A DNA stretch of 28,437 nt from a virus (Duplodnaviria > Caudoviricetes). Made by a program: the position numbers and the translations under genes. Of the stretch, positions 1 to 7,815 are shown piece after piece. Numbering within the stretch: position 1 is the first letter of the stretch; every line of letters begins with the position of its first letter. The DNA lies in IMG/VR virus record IMGVR_UViG_3300008267_001272, positions 1 through 28,437 of that record; one strand, written 5' to 3'. The notes under the pieces were generated by a model. It ran no database searches and was not told the DNA's origin. It saw only the letters and a list, made by a program, of their open reading frames with translations.

Positions 1-1
1 T

Positions 2-1477
2 AGAATCGTTTCTATTAAACAAGAAAAGTACAGAGCCGAAGTAGTACAAGTTGTAGAAGCAGGATTAGGATCTTATACTCCTACTGCATCAACTAAGTAC
101 ACAATTTTATTAGGGGATGTTAATCGTGTAATTCAAGGTGGTCACGAAGTATTGTTACCATACTCTTACACAACTCCTTCAGATTTAACATTAATCGGAG
201 CAACTGCTGCTGCGCAACGTGAGTACATTCACGGCAGAATCATTAGCACTATTAACGCTAATCTAAACAATTACGTAACTGCTGCTACTTTAACAGGTGG
301 TGCAGGATTTACAATCACTGATGAATCAGGTTACTATCCTGTTCACGGACAAAACCAATCAAATCGTTTAGGAGCAACGACAGTTATTCCTGCAATGAAC
401 AATGATGGTTCAGGTTTCGGTTCGGCTTCTGTGGCTGTAACTACTGCTGCTGTTTACTCATTCGGTGTAGGTGAAGAATTATTAGCGCAAAAACCTGTAA
501 TGTACAACATGGCAGGAAACCTTGCGACTGGTGTATTTACTGCTCCAAGAACTGCAAATGGCGAATACGCTGTAAGTGGACAAAATTACGATGGTTTCCG
601 TATCGAAACATTGGAATTACAATCTGCTCATAACGTAACAGGTCAGTGGGCTTTAGTACCTTACGAAACAATCGTTTACGTTGATAACGGTACAGGAGCT
701 TCAACTGCTAACCTTGCAGGATTTATCGCTTTTGAAACAGCTTTTTACAGATTAGTTTCTAAATTCTATTCAGCTTACGCTACAATCGTAGGTGAATTTT
801 TCGATAGCCCTACTTTGTTTCAAGGTGCTGCTGGAGCTGTTCCAACAACAACAGGTGAAAACAAAATTGCAACTGAATACGGTCAATTAGTTTACAATCA
901 AATTGGAACTCAAACAATTACTGTTCCAACTCCTGCTAATGGTGGATTAAATTTAGATCAAGACTTAACTGATACTGAAGGTGCTGAATACACTCCTTCT
1001 TTATTAACTGCTTGTCCTAAAGAATTTGTAGTTGGCGCAACTGGAATTTCAGTTCTAGCTCGTTTGACTGTTACTGACCATACTGATGCTACTGTTGTTA
1101 TCGGTTTACGTAAAAAAGCTGCTCATGCGGCAGATTTCAATAACTACACTGATTTAGCTGCAATTGGATTCATAGGTGATTTAGTTTACACTTGGGGTAT
1201 TTTAAACAATGCTGCAACTGTTGCTACAAACACTACTGTTGTTCCTGCTGATGGTGCAAGTGAAACTTTTGAAATTCGTGTAGACGGAACAGGTTTAGTT
1301 ACTGCTCTTTACAATAGCGTAGTATATCCTGTTTATTCAGTAGGTACTACTCCGTTAGTATTAGACGCAGGCGACATCTTAATTCCAACTGTACGTGCAG
1401 TAAACGTAGGTGGTGGAGATCCTGATGTAATTATCAGCGAATTATTAGCTGTTAATGCTAGCGATTGGAAAATCTAA
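2..1477 (+). CDS. 5'-truncated major structural protein, probably the crAss-like auxiliary capsid protein (gene after MCP), with an additional C-terminal beta-rich domain
   Basis: The frame of the 152..1477 ORF stays open back to position 2 (RIVSIKQEKYRAEVVQVVEAGLGSYTPTASTKYTILLGD...), so the true start lies upstream of the window. Codons are strongly biased (GCT/ACT/GGT/TAC/AAC), the composition is T/A/G/V-rich like a virion protein, and a terminator follows. The identity is inferred from position and recalled crAss gene order. Confidence 0.6.
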   Translation, partial: RIVSIKQEKYRAEVVQVVEAGLGSYTPTASTKYTILLGDVNRVIQGGHEVLLPYSYTTPSDLTLIGATAAAQREYIHGRIISTINANLNNYVTAATLTGGAGFTITDESGYYPVHGQNQSNRLGATTVIPAMNNDGSGFGSASVAVTTAAVYSFGVGEELLAQKPVMYNMAGNLATGVFTAPRTANGEYAVSGQNYDGFRIETLELQSAHNVTGQWALVPYETIVYVDNGTGASTANLAGFIAFETAFYRLVSKFYSAYATIVGEFFDSPTLFQGAAGAVPTTTGENKIATEYGQLVYNQIGTQTITVPTPANGGLNLDQDLTDTEGAEYTPSLLTACPKEFVVGATGISVLARLTVTDHTDATVVIGLRKKAAHAADFNNYTDLAAIGFIGDLVYTWGILNNAATVATNTTVVPADGASETFEIRVDGTGLVTALYNSVVYPVYSVGTTPLVLDAGDILIPTVRAVNVGGGDPDVIISELLAVNASDWKI

Positions 1478-1494
1478 TCAACCCAACAAATAAT

Positions 1495-1522
1495 AAAGGG
1501 GAATGTAAAAGTTCCCCTTTTT
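1495..1522 (+). terminator. Rho-independent terminator
   Basis: AAAGGGGAA-TGTAAAAG-TTCCCCTTT hairpin ending in a T run, 18 nt after the stop at 1477. Confidence 0.85.
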
Positions 1523-1535
1523 AATAAAAAACAAA

Positions 1536-2033
1536 ATGTCAAAAATAATTGAAATAGTAAGAAACTTTAATGTTCAATTGGCATTAAAAAATATTTTCAC
1601 CAAAATTGATGAAATTATTAAGAAATTAAATGATGTAGAAAATAATACATCAACAATAACAGGGACATTAACTGCTGATCAAATAAACGCTTTAGATACA
1701 GCATCAATTACTTTATTAGGAGATGCGGGCGCAAATAAGTTTTATGTAATTGAAAATGTAGCATTTCATTATAAAGCTGGCTCGGTAGCATTTACGGCTG
1801 CTGCAAATTTAAGAATGCTTTACAATACGGCTAACAGAGTTATAACTGAACCTATTTCGTCAATTGACTTAAATTCAACTACGAGTGTAATAAGTTTAAG
1901 AATACAAACAGATGATGACTTTTCAACTGCAATTATAAATGATTCAATTATAGTTAAAACAACTGGCGCAATTTCAGGAGGTGACGGAACGATTAACTAC
2001 TCAATTAAATATAGAACAGTAACAACTTCATAA
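1536..2033 (+). CDS. putative virion decoration/head-fiber protein (165 aa)
   Basis: N-terminal heptad helix (LKNIFTKIDEIIKKLNDVE) followed by a beta-rich domain; A-rich leader; located in the structural module. Confidence 0.5.
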   Translation: MSKIIEIVRNFNVQLALKNIFTKIDEIIKKLNDVENNTSTITGTLTADQINALDTASITLLGDAGANKFYVIENVAFHYKAGSVAFTAAANLRMLYNTANRVITEPISSIDLNSTTSVISLRIQTDDDFSTAIINDSIIVKTTGAISGGDGTINYSIKYRTVTTS

Positions 2034-2034
2034 A

Positions 2035-2296
2035 ATGAATACTCAAAATAGAAATACATTATATAGATTATTAAGCGAAAAAGATAGCGTAGCTATTGGT
2101 TATCAAAAGTTATCTATAACAGGAACCGCTCAAGCACTTAATGTTAGGTAATGTTACTTTACCAACAGCTTCAGACGGAATGGCTTTAAATCATTTAGAT
2201 TTTTTCGATATTGACAATGGAACTAACATGGTTAATTTCAGAGTAATAAGAACAACTGGCGGAACTCATACGTTACACATACAATACTATAAATAA
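2035..2296 (+). pseudogene. small structural beta-sandwich gene, broken by a +1 frame change or internal deletion near 2141-2150
   Basis: Fragment 2035..2151 reads MNTQNRNTLYRLLSEKDSVAIGYQKLSITGTAQALNVR*. Fragment 2141..2296 in the +1 frame reads MLGNVTLPTASDGMALNHLDFFDIDNGTNMVNFRVIRTTGGTHTLHIQYYK*. Together they fill the gap between neighbouring genes exactly (1 nt after the 2033 stop, 2 nt before the 2299 start). Not in the ORF track. Confidence 0.7.
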
Positions 2297-2298
2297 AA

Positions 2299-2757
2299 AT
2301 GATAACGGCATTAAAAAATTACAGAAGAATATTTTCGCAGAATGGCGGAGGAGGAACGGGTGCCGGATTAAATTATAAAGGTACGTGGGATGCTAATGCT
2401 AATTCGCCTTTTTTACAAAGCGGAGTTGGTACATCTGGTGACTACTATGTGGTTTCAACAGCAGGAAATACTAATTTAGATGGTATTACTGATTGGGATA
2501 TTGACGATTGGGCGATATTCAATGGTACTGTTTGGCAAAAAATAGACAATAGTGAAACGGGTGATAAGAACTTCGTGCACACACAATCTGTTGCTGCTGC
2601 TACTTGGAATGTAGCACATAATTTAGGCAAAAGATGTTCTGTTCAAGTAGTGAATGATACTTTTGAAGAAATAGAGGCAAGTATTACATGGACGGACGAT
2701 AATAATGTGGTAGTTGTTTTTAACACATCCACAACAGGATACGTATATTGTAATTAA
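2299..2757 (+). CDS. fiber/decoration protein (152 aa): YKGTWDA..N.P module plus C-terminal HNLG module
   Basis: YKGTWDANANSP...GDYYVVSTAG...DWAIFNGTVWQKIDNS and TWNVAHNLG motifs are typical of phage fiber proteins. Both modules recur in 2812..4320. Confidence 0.65.
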   Translation: MITALKNYRRIFSQNGGGGTGAGLNYKGTWDANANSPFLQSGVGTSGDYYVVSTAGNTNLDGITDWDIDDWAIFNGTVWQKIDNSETGDKNFVHTQSVAAATWNVAHNLGKRCSVQVVNDTFEEIEASITWTDDNNVVVVFNTSTTGYVYCN

Positions 2758-2761
2758 AAAA

Positions 2762-2782
2762 ATTCTATCATGGTGATAGAAT
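2762..2782. repeat. perfect 9-bp inverted repeat in an intergenic gap
   Basis: ATTCTATCA-TGG-TGATAGAAT; no T tract follows. Confidence 0.6.
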
Positions 2783-2811
2783 CTAAATAAAAAAACAAAA
2801 AAAACAAAAAA

Positions 2812-4320
2812 ATGGCAGTAGACAAAAAGTTTTTTGTAGATATTAATCTACAAGGCAATGCGTTAAACAACGCAACGATTGGTACAAATTCGGACATGAC
2901 CAAAGGTGGTTCATTTCGGTACGATGCAGGAGGAAGATTAGAATACCATGATGGTTCAAGTGTTCAAGAAGTAGCAAATTTAGCTGATATTTCAGCAGTA
3001 ACAGGTGGTCTTATTCTTCAAGGAGGATATGATGCAGCTACAAACACTCCTGATATTGCTGATGGTTCAGCTTTAAAAGGTTTCTTTTGGGTTGTAACAG
3101 AAGCAGGTTCTTTCTTAGGAACATCAGTACAAGTTGGTGATTCAATTATTGCTAAAGTTGATGCTGCTGGTGCTTCTATTGGAGATTGGTTAATCCTTCA
3201 AGGTAATGTAGTTATTGCTACTGATTCAGTTGATGGTATTGTACGTTTAGCTACTCAAGAAGAAGTTGATGCTGGTATAGAAGGTAGTGCAGTTGTTTTA
3301 ACTCCTGCTACATTTGAGAACTCAACTCAATTAGCTGGTATTAGAAATGACCTTAATAGTTTAGCAGATGAGAAATTAAACAGAGATGGTAGTCAAGCAA
3401 TGACTGGCAATCTTGACATGGATGGAAATGCTATTGTCAACGTACCTGCTCCAACTAACGGTGGTGATGCTGCTAACAAAGATTATGTAGATACTGCTGC
3501 TTCAACTGCACAATCAAATGCCGAATCTACTGCTTCTGCTGACGCAACTGCAAAAGCTGATGCTGCACAAAGTAATGCTGAAGGATTTGCTACAACTGCT
3601 GCTAACAATGCACAAGCTGCTGCTGAAAGTTATGCTGATGATTTAGCTGTAAATTATGATGCAGCAGGTTCAGCGGCTACTGCTGAAAATAATGCAAAGG
3701 CTTATGCTGATTCACTTGCTCCTAATTATGATGCTGCTGGTTCTGCTGCAACTGCTCAAGCTAACGCTGAAACATTTGCTACAAACGCTGCAAATACAGC
3801 TCAAACTAACGCTGAAAACTATGCTGCTGCTGAGGTTGCTCAAGCATTAACTGATGCTAATGCTTATACTGATTCAGCTATTTCTCAAGAAGTAACTGAC
3901 AGAAACTCTGCTATTGCAACAGCAAAAGGTGAGGCTATTGCAGATTCTAACTCTTACACTGATGATGCTATTGCTCAAGAAGTAATTGATAGAGATGCTG
4001 CTATTGCTACTGCTAAATCAGAAGCTATTACTGATGCTAATACTTACACAGACACTCAAATTGATGCTCAATCTTTTACAGCTCTTGTTGATGGTACACA
4101 AAATCCAACAAGTGGGTGGACTTATGACGCAACATTGGGTGTTTATAAAGCTACAATTACCCATAATTTAGGAGTTTATGTTGCTGTATCTATTTGGTAT
4201 GATGGATTTCCAGCCGATTTTTCAGGTGAACTTGCTAATAACTATTACACTATTTATTCTAATATAGAGCCATTTTACAATACTGTTTTAACTTTTGTAA
4301 AAGCAAGTGGTAACTTATAG
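2812..4320 (+). CDS. long trimeric fiber protein (502 aa) with an Ala-rich coiled-coil stalk
   Basis: Contains a phage fiber repeat (ATDSVDGIVRLATQEEV), a neck-like motif (DGSQAMTGNLDMDGNAIVNVPAPTNGGDAANKDYVD), Ala-rich helical repeats and a C-terminal ITHNLG module. Codon bias is strong and a terminator follows. Confidence 0.75.
   Translation: MAVDKKFFVDINLQGNALNNATIGTNSDMTKGGSFRYDAGGRLEYHDGSSVQEVANLADISAVTGGLILQGGYDAATNTPDIADGSALKGFFWVVTEAGSFLGTSVQVGDSIIAKVDAAGASIGDWLILQGNVVIATDSVDGIVRLATQEEVDAGIEGSAVVLTPATFENSTQLAGIRNDLNSLADEKLNRDGSQAMTGNLDMDGNAIVNVPAPTNGGDAANKDYVDTAASTAQSNAESTASADATAKADAAQSNAEGFATTAANNAQAAAESYADDLAVNYDAAGSAATAENNAKAYADSLAPNYDAAGSAATAQANAETFATNAANTAQTNAENYAAAEVAQALTDANAYTDSAISQEVTDRNSAIATAKGEAIADSNSYTDDAIAQEVIDRDAAIATAKSEAITDANTYTDTQIDAQSFTALVDGTQNPTSGWTYDATLGVYKATITHNLGVYVAVSIWYDGFPADFSGELANNYYTIYSNIEPFYNTVLTFVKASGNL
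3631..4053 (+). repeat. intragenic tandem repeats in the fiber stalk (24-aa and 30-aa periods)
   Basis: YADDLAVNYDAAGSAATA / YADSLAPNYDAAGSAATA have a 72-bp period. TDANAYTDSAISQEVTDRNSAIATAKGEAI / ADSNSYTDDAIAQEVIDRDAAIATAKSEAI / TDANTYTD have a 90-bp period. Confidence 0.85.
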
Positions 4321-4335
4321 TTCTAAATAATAATT

Positions 4336-4374
4336 AAATAATCCCTCTCTTGAAATATAGGGAGGGATTATTTT
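4336..4374 (+). terminator. Rho-independent terminator (possibly bidirectional)
   Basis: 15-bp stem AAATAATCCCTCTCT / AGGGAGGGATTATTT with one G-U pair, 8-nt loop, ending in TTTT. Confidence 0.85.
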
Positions 4375-4387
4375 AAAAAATAATAAT

Positions 4388-5204
4388 ATGTCAGAAAAAA
4401 AGTTTTTTGTTGATGTAAATCTGCAAGACAATGAGGTTGTCAAGTTAAAGGCTGACACTTTAGATATTACAACAAATTTAGCAAGTGCTAATACTAAAAG
4501 AATAGTGTATTGGTCAGGACATAAATGTAAATCCTTCGGGAGCGGGATACGTGGTAGGAGCTACTGAATGGAATAATAATTTAGGAATTTCTCAAACTCT
4601 TTTAAAAGGTGGTTCAGTAAGTTTAAAAAACGGAGTTGACTTAGTTGCTAGAATAGTAAACAAAGTAGTTCCTAATACAACGCTAACCAAAGCGGCATAT
4701 CAAGCGGTTAAAGTAAGTGGAGCAACGGGCGGCAGACTATCAGTTGAACTAGCTCAGGGCGATACTGATTTGAATAGTGCAGACACAATTGGATTAGTAA
4801 TTGAAACTATTGCGACAAATCAAGAGGGATTTATTATCACGGTAGGTCAAATAGAAGATATAAATACAACTGGTTCTTTACAAGGTGAAACATGGGCAGA
4901 TGGTGACGTTCTTTATTTGAGCCCAACAACAGCAGGAAGATTGACTAACATTAAACCTACGGGAGCAACAGGTCATATTGTTGTAATTGGTTACGTTGAA
5001 TATTCTCATGCTGTAAATGGAAAAATTTACGTTAAGATAATGAACGGGTGGGAACTCGATGAGCTCCATAACGTCTATATTGACCCTACAACTTTAGCGA
5101 ACGACCAAGTTTTAACATACGAATCTGCCACTCAGCTTTGGAAAAATAAAACTCCAACAGGTGGAGGTGGAGGGGATATATTACAATTTCAAGTATTTTC
5201 ATAA
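4388..5204 (+). pseudogene. fiber protein gene interrupted by a +1 frame change or internal deletion near 4518-4521 (the ORF track shows only the 3' part, 4551..5204)
   Basis: ATG 4388 gives MSEKKFFVDVNLQDNEVVKLK...KRIVYWSG, paralogous to the 2812 N-terminus MAVDKKFFVDINLQGN, and this frame stops at 4565-4567. The +1 frame is open from 4506 and reads DINVNPSGAGYVVGATEWNNNLG...GDVLYLSPTTAGRLT...WELDELHNV...QVLTYESATQLWKN, which are common phage fiber motifs. Confidence 0.75.
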
Positions 5205-5222
5205 TTAAAATAAACAAAAAAA

Positions 5223-5585
5223 ATGGCAACATTTACGAAAGAATTATTAAGCGGTTCAACGGGTGGTAGACCTATAAAAGTTGTAGCAACAGCTACGGCA
5301 GGAACAACAATTCACGCTACGGGAACAAGTTCTTCTATAATAGATGAAGTTTGGTTGTATGCTAATAATACTTCAGCATCTTCTGTTGATTTAACAATAG
5401 AGTATGGGGGAACAACAAATCCTGACGATTTAATTATAGTATCAATACCTGCTAAAAGCGGATTAAGTATTGTTGCTCCGGGATTAGTATTAAAAGGCGA
5501 TGGTGCTGCTGCTAGAACAATAAGAGCTTTTGCAAGTTCAGCAAATGTAATAAACATTGTAGGATACATAAATAGAATTAGCTAA
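5223..5585 (+). CDS. small beta-sandwich fiber-associated/adaptor protein (120 aa)
   Basis: Beta-rich ORF (DEVWLYANN...LTIEYGG...INIVGYINRI) with an A-rich leader and a TAATG overlap with the next gene. Confidence 0.55.
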   Translation: MATFTKELLSGSTGGRPIKVVATATAGTTIHATGTSSSIIDEVWLYANNTSASSVDLTIEYGGTTNPDDLIIVSIPAKSGLSIVAPGLVLKGDGAAARTIRAFASSANVINIVGYINRIS

Positions 5586-6430
5586 TGAGTTCAAGATTTG
5601 GTTCAAGAACGGATAATGGAATAATACGTGATTTTATAGAAAGTTACGATGGTGATGCTGCAAATTATTTTCGAGCTAATACAGCTATTACTTCTCCTTT
5701 GGACAAAAGAGCTATAAGTGATTTTTATTTAGGGCTTAAAAGCGATGGTATTTACACGAAGATTAAAGCAATGTATTTACCGATTTGGGGAAGTGCTGCA
5801 TCTTCAAAATGGAATTTAATAAACCCTTTAGATACAAATGCGGCATTTAGGTTAACGTTTACAACAGGGTGGACTTATTCAAGTGGAGGAATGACGCCAA
5901 CAAATGCCTACGCATCAACTTTTTTAATACCAGGTACTAATTTAACTAATAATAATAGCCACATTAGTGTTTATTTAAGAACAAATAGTGATAACACAGG
6001 AACTGACATAGGTATACAAGATGATATGGGTGTAGGCGTTTTACAAAGCTCATATTATTTAATACCAAGATACTCAAACACTTTATATGGAACTATTCAA
6101 ACAGATGATGCAAATAGAGTTTCAGGTTCAAATACAGATAGTAGAGGATTTTACATAACAAGTAGAACAACATCAACAAGTTTAAAGCAATATAAAAACT
6201 CTTCAATTTTTGGAACGAATACAAATACAAGCACAGGATTAAGAGCAAGGTTTTCAATACCATTAGGAGCTTTAAGATATATTACAGATGCTGGTTCTGA
6301 TACCTATGGGAATTATTCAAATAGGCAGCAATCATTCGCATCAATAGGAGATGGATTAACAGATACAGAATCAAGTAACTTTTACAGTAGAGTAAATACA
6401 TTAATGACTTATTTCGGAATAAACGTATAA
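5585..6430 (+). CDS. putative receptor-binding/lectin (ConA/LamG-like) fiber-tip protein, copy 1 (281 aa)
   Basis: LKSDGIYTKIKAMYLP...KWNL.NP...HISVY...FASIGDGLTDTE...Y.RV pattern; beta-rich core; paralog of 6557..7369. Confidence 0.6.
   Translation: MSSRFGSRTDNGIIRDFIESYDGDAANYFRANTAITSPLDKRAISDFYLGLKSDGIYTKIKAMYLPIWGSAASSKWNLINPLDTNAAFRLTFTTGWTYSSGGMTPTNAYASTFLIPGTNLTNNNSHISVYLRTNSDNTGTDIGIQDDMGVGVLQSSYYLIPRYSNTLYGTIQTDDANRVSGSNTDSRGFYITSRTTSTSLKQYKNSSIFGTNTNTSTGLRARFSIPLGALRYITDAGSDTYGNYSNRQQSFASIGDGLTDTESSNFYSRVNTLMTYFGINV
5677..5728 (+). repeat. 52-bp exact direct repeat, copy 1 (copy 2 at 6658..6709)
   Basis: TAATACAGCTATTACTTCTCCTTTGGACAAAAGAGCTATAAGTGATTTTTAT is identical in both paralogs. 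Confidence 0.9.
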
Positions 6431-6445
6431 CTATGGAAGGCAGAA
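6332..6445 (+). repeat. 114-bp exact direct repeat, copy 1 (copy 2 at 7271..7384)
   Basis: TCATTCGCATCAATAGGAGATGG...AAACGTATAACTATGGAAGGCAGAA is identical in both copies. It spans the 3' end of the lectin-like gene and the first 13 nt of the next small gene. Confidence 0.95.
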
Positions 6446-6552
6446 CGCAAGACGAACAGGATATTGCAAAAACAGAGTATGCCTATTTATTGGATATTCC
6501 GTTAAGTCCTTATGAGCCTAAACCAACTCCACCATTTCCTCCAATAGAATAA
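6433..6552 (+). CDS. small acidic Pro-tailed partner protein (39 aa; probably internally shortened), copy 1
   Basis: Reads MEGRTQDEQDIAKTEYAYLLDIPLSPYEPKPTPPFPPIE* and fills the gap between genes. It is a paralog of 7372..7504 but lacks that copy's VYFLFLS segment. Not in the ORF track. Confidence 0.65.
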   Translation: MEGRTQDEQDIAKTEYAYLLDIPLSPYEPKPTPPFPPIE

Positions 6553-6556
6553 CATT

Positions 6557-7369
6557 ATGAGTAATATAAAATTTGGATTAAGAACAAGAAACGGCTTAAT
6601 AAGACCTATAATAGAATCTTCGGATTATGATATAGACGCTAGAGCGTATTTCGCCGTTAATACAGCTATTACTTCTCCTTTGGACAAAAGAGCTATAAGT
6701 GATTTTTATGGTGGATTAAAGTCAGACGGTATTTATACTAAGATTAAAGCAATGTATTTGCCTATATGGAGTTCGGCAAGTGCTAATAAATGGAATTTGT
6801 TTAATCCTTCAGACACTAATCTAGCTTTTAGGTTAAATTTTACTACGGGTTGGACTCATTCAAGTAATGGCATTCAGCCATTAAATGCCTATGCGGAAAC
6901 TTTTTTAAAGCCAAGTGTGTCATTATTACAAAATAGTGCACATATTTCTTTTTATTCGCAAACAAATAATGATACTGGCATTGATATGGGTATTAACTCA
7001 AATAGTGTTAATGGTAGATTATATATGTATTTAAAATTAGGCGGTGCATTTGGCGGAAGAAATAATAATACAACAGCAGAACGAACAATATCTAATACAA
7101 ATGGCTTAGGTCATTATATTAGCAATAGAATTGATTCAACTAATGTTAAGTTGGTAAAAAATGGAACAACAACAAATGTAGCCTCAGCATCGAATGGTCT
7201 TGATAATTTAGAAATTTCAATAGGGGGAATTTATAGTTCTACCTCTTATGTTTATGGCACAAAAAAATGCTCATTCGCATCAATAGGAGATGGATTAACA
7301 GATACAGAATCAAGTAACTTTTACAGTAGAGTAAATACATTAATGACTTATTTCGGAATAAACGTATAA
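6557..7369 (+). CDS. putative receptor-binding/lectin (ConA/LamG-like) fiber-tip protein, copy 2 (270 aa)
   Basis: Paralog of 5585..6430 with an identical C-terminal 32 aa and a divergent core. Confidence 0.6.
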   Translation: MSNIKFGLRTRNGLIRPIIESSDYDIDARAYFAVNTAITSPLDKRAISDFYGGLKSDGIYTKIKAMYLPIWSSASANKWNLFNPSDTNLAFRLNFTTGWTHSSNGIQPLNAYAETFLKPSVSLLQNSAHISFYSQTNNDTGIDMGINSNSVNGRLYMYLKLGGAFGGRNNNTTAERTISNTNGLGHYISNRIDSTNVKLVKNGTTTNVASASNGLDNLEISIGGIYSSTSYVYGTKKCSFASIGDGLTDTESSNFYSRVNTLMTYFGINV

Positions 7370-7371
7370 CT

Positions 7372-7504
7372 ATGGAAGGCAGAAGTTTATTTTTTATTTT
7401 TAAGTGAGCAGGATGAACAAGATATAGCTCAAACGGAATACGCTTATTTGTTAAAAATTCCTTTAAGTCCTTATGTAGCACCACCAACACCACCAATACC
7501 ATGA
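7372..7504 (+). pseudogene. small partner protein, copy 2, with a +1 frame change near 7385
   Basis: The ATG 7372 frame reads MEGRSLFFIFK* (stop 7405-7407). The +1 frame reads (E)VYFLFLSEQDEQDIAQTEYAYLLKIPLSPYVAPPTPPIP*, homologous to copy 1, and ends in an ATGA overlap with the holin start at 7501. Confidence 0.75.
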
Positions 7505-7815
7505 AAGAGTTTATTGAGCAGTTAGGAATAAACATAGCAATATCAATTGCAGGATTGTTTGGCTCATTATTAATGATAGGAAAGAATGCTGCTCAAACAT
7601 GGAAGACAACTATATTTTCCATGATTTCAGGCGTAGCTTGCGCTAATTACATAACTCCTATAATTTTAGATATGACAAGAATGGACGTTAAATATCAGGT
7701 ATCTGTTGGCTTTGTTTTAGGGTTCTTAGGATTAAGGTCAGTAGAGATGGTAAGTAAAAAATTAATTAAAGAAGAAAAAAATGGAAACAAGTCAAGTAAT
7801 AAATCTGATAGCTAA
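7501..7815 (+). CDS. holin-like membrane protein (104 aa)
   Basis: Three hydrophobic segments (IAISIAGLFGSLLMI; IFSMISGVACANYITPII; VSVGFVLGFLGL), a basic C-terminal tail, upstream of the endolysin. Confidence 0.7.
   Translation: MKEFIEQLGINIAISIAGLFGSLLMIGKNAAQTWKTTIFSMISGVACANYITPIILDMTRMDVKYQVSVGFVLGFLGLRSVEMVSKKLIKEEKNGNKSSNKSDS

Noticed and set aside
152-154. TTG start at 152 for the first gene
   Set aside because: The frame is open and coding-like back to position 2, so the gene starts upstream of the window.
3656-4171. Alternative-frame Leu-rich ORFs 3656..3850 and 3986..4171
   Set aside because: They are a by-product of GCT/ACT-rich codons in the Ala-rich fiber stalk.
5585-7384. 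Diversity-generating retroelement (TR/VR pair) or invertible shufflon
   Set aside because: No reverse transcriptase or recombinase is in the window. The repeats are direct, not inverted. Differences are not adenine-specific and include indels, and the C-terminal ends, where a VR would lie, are identical.
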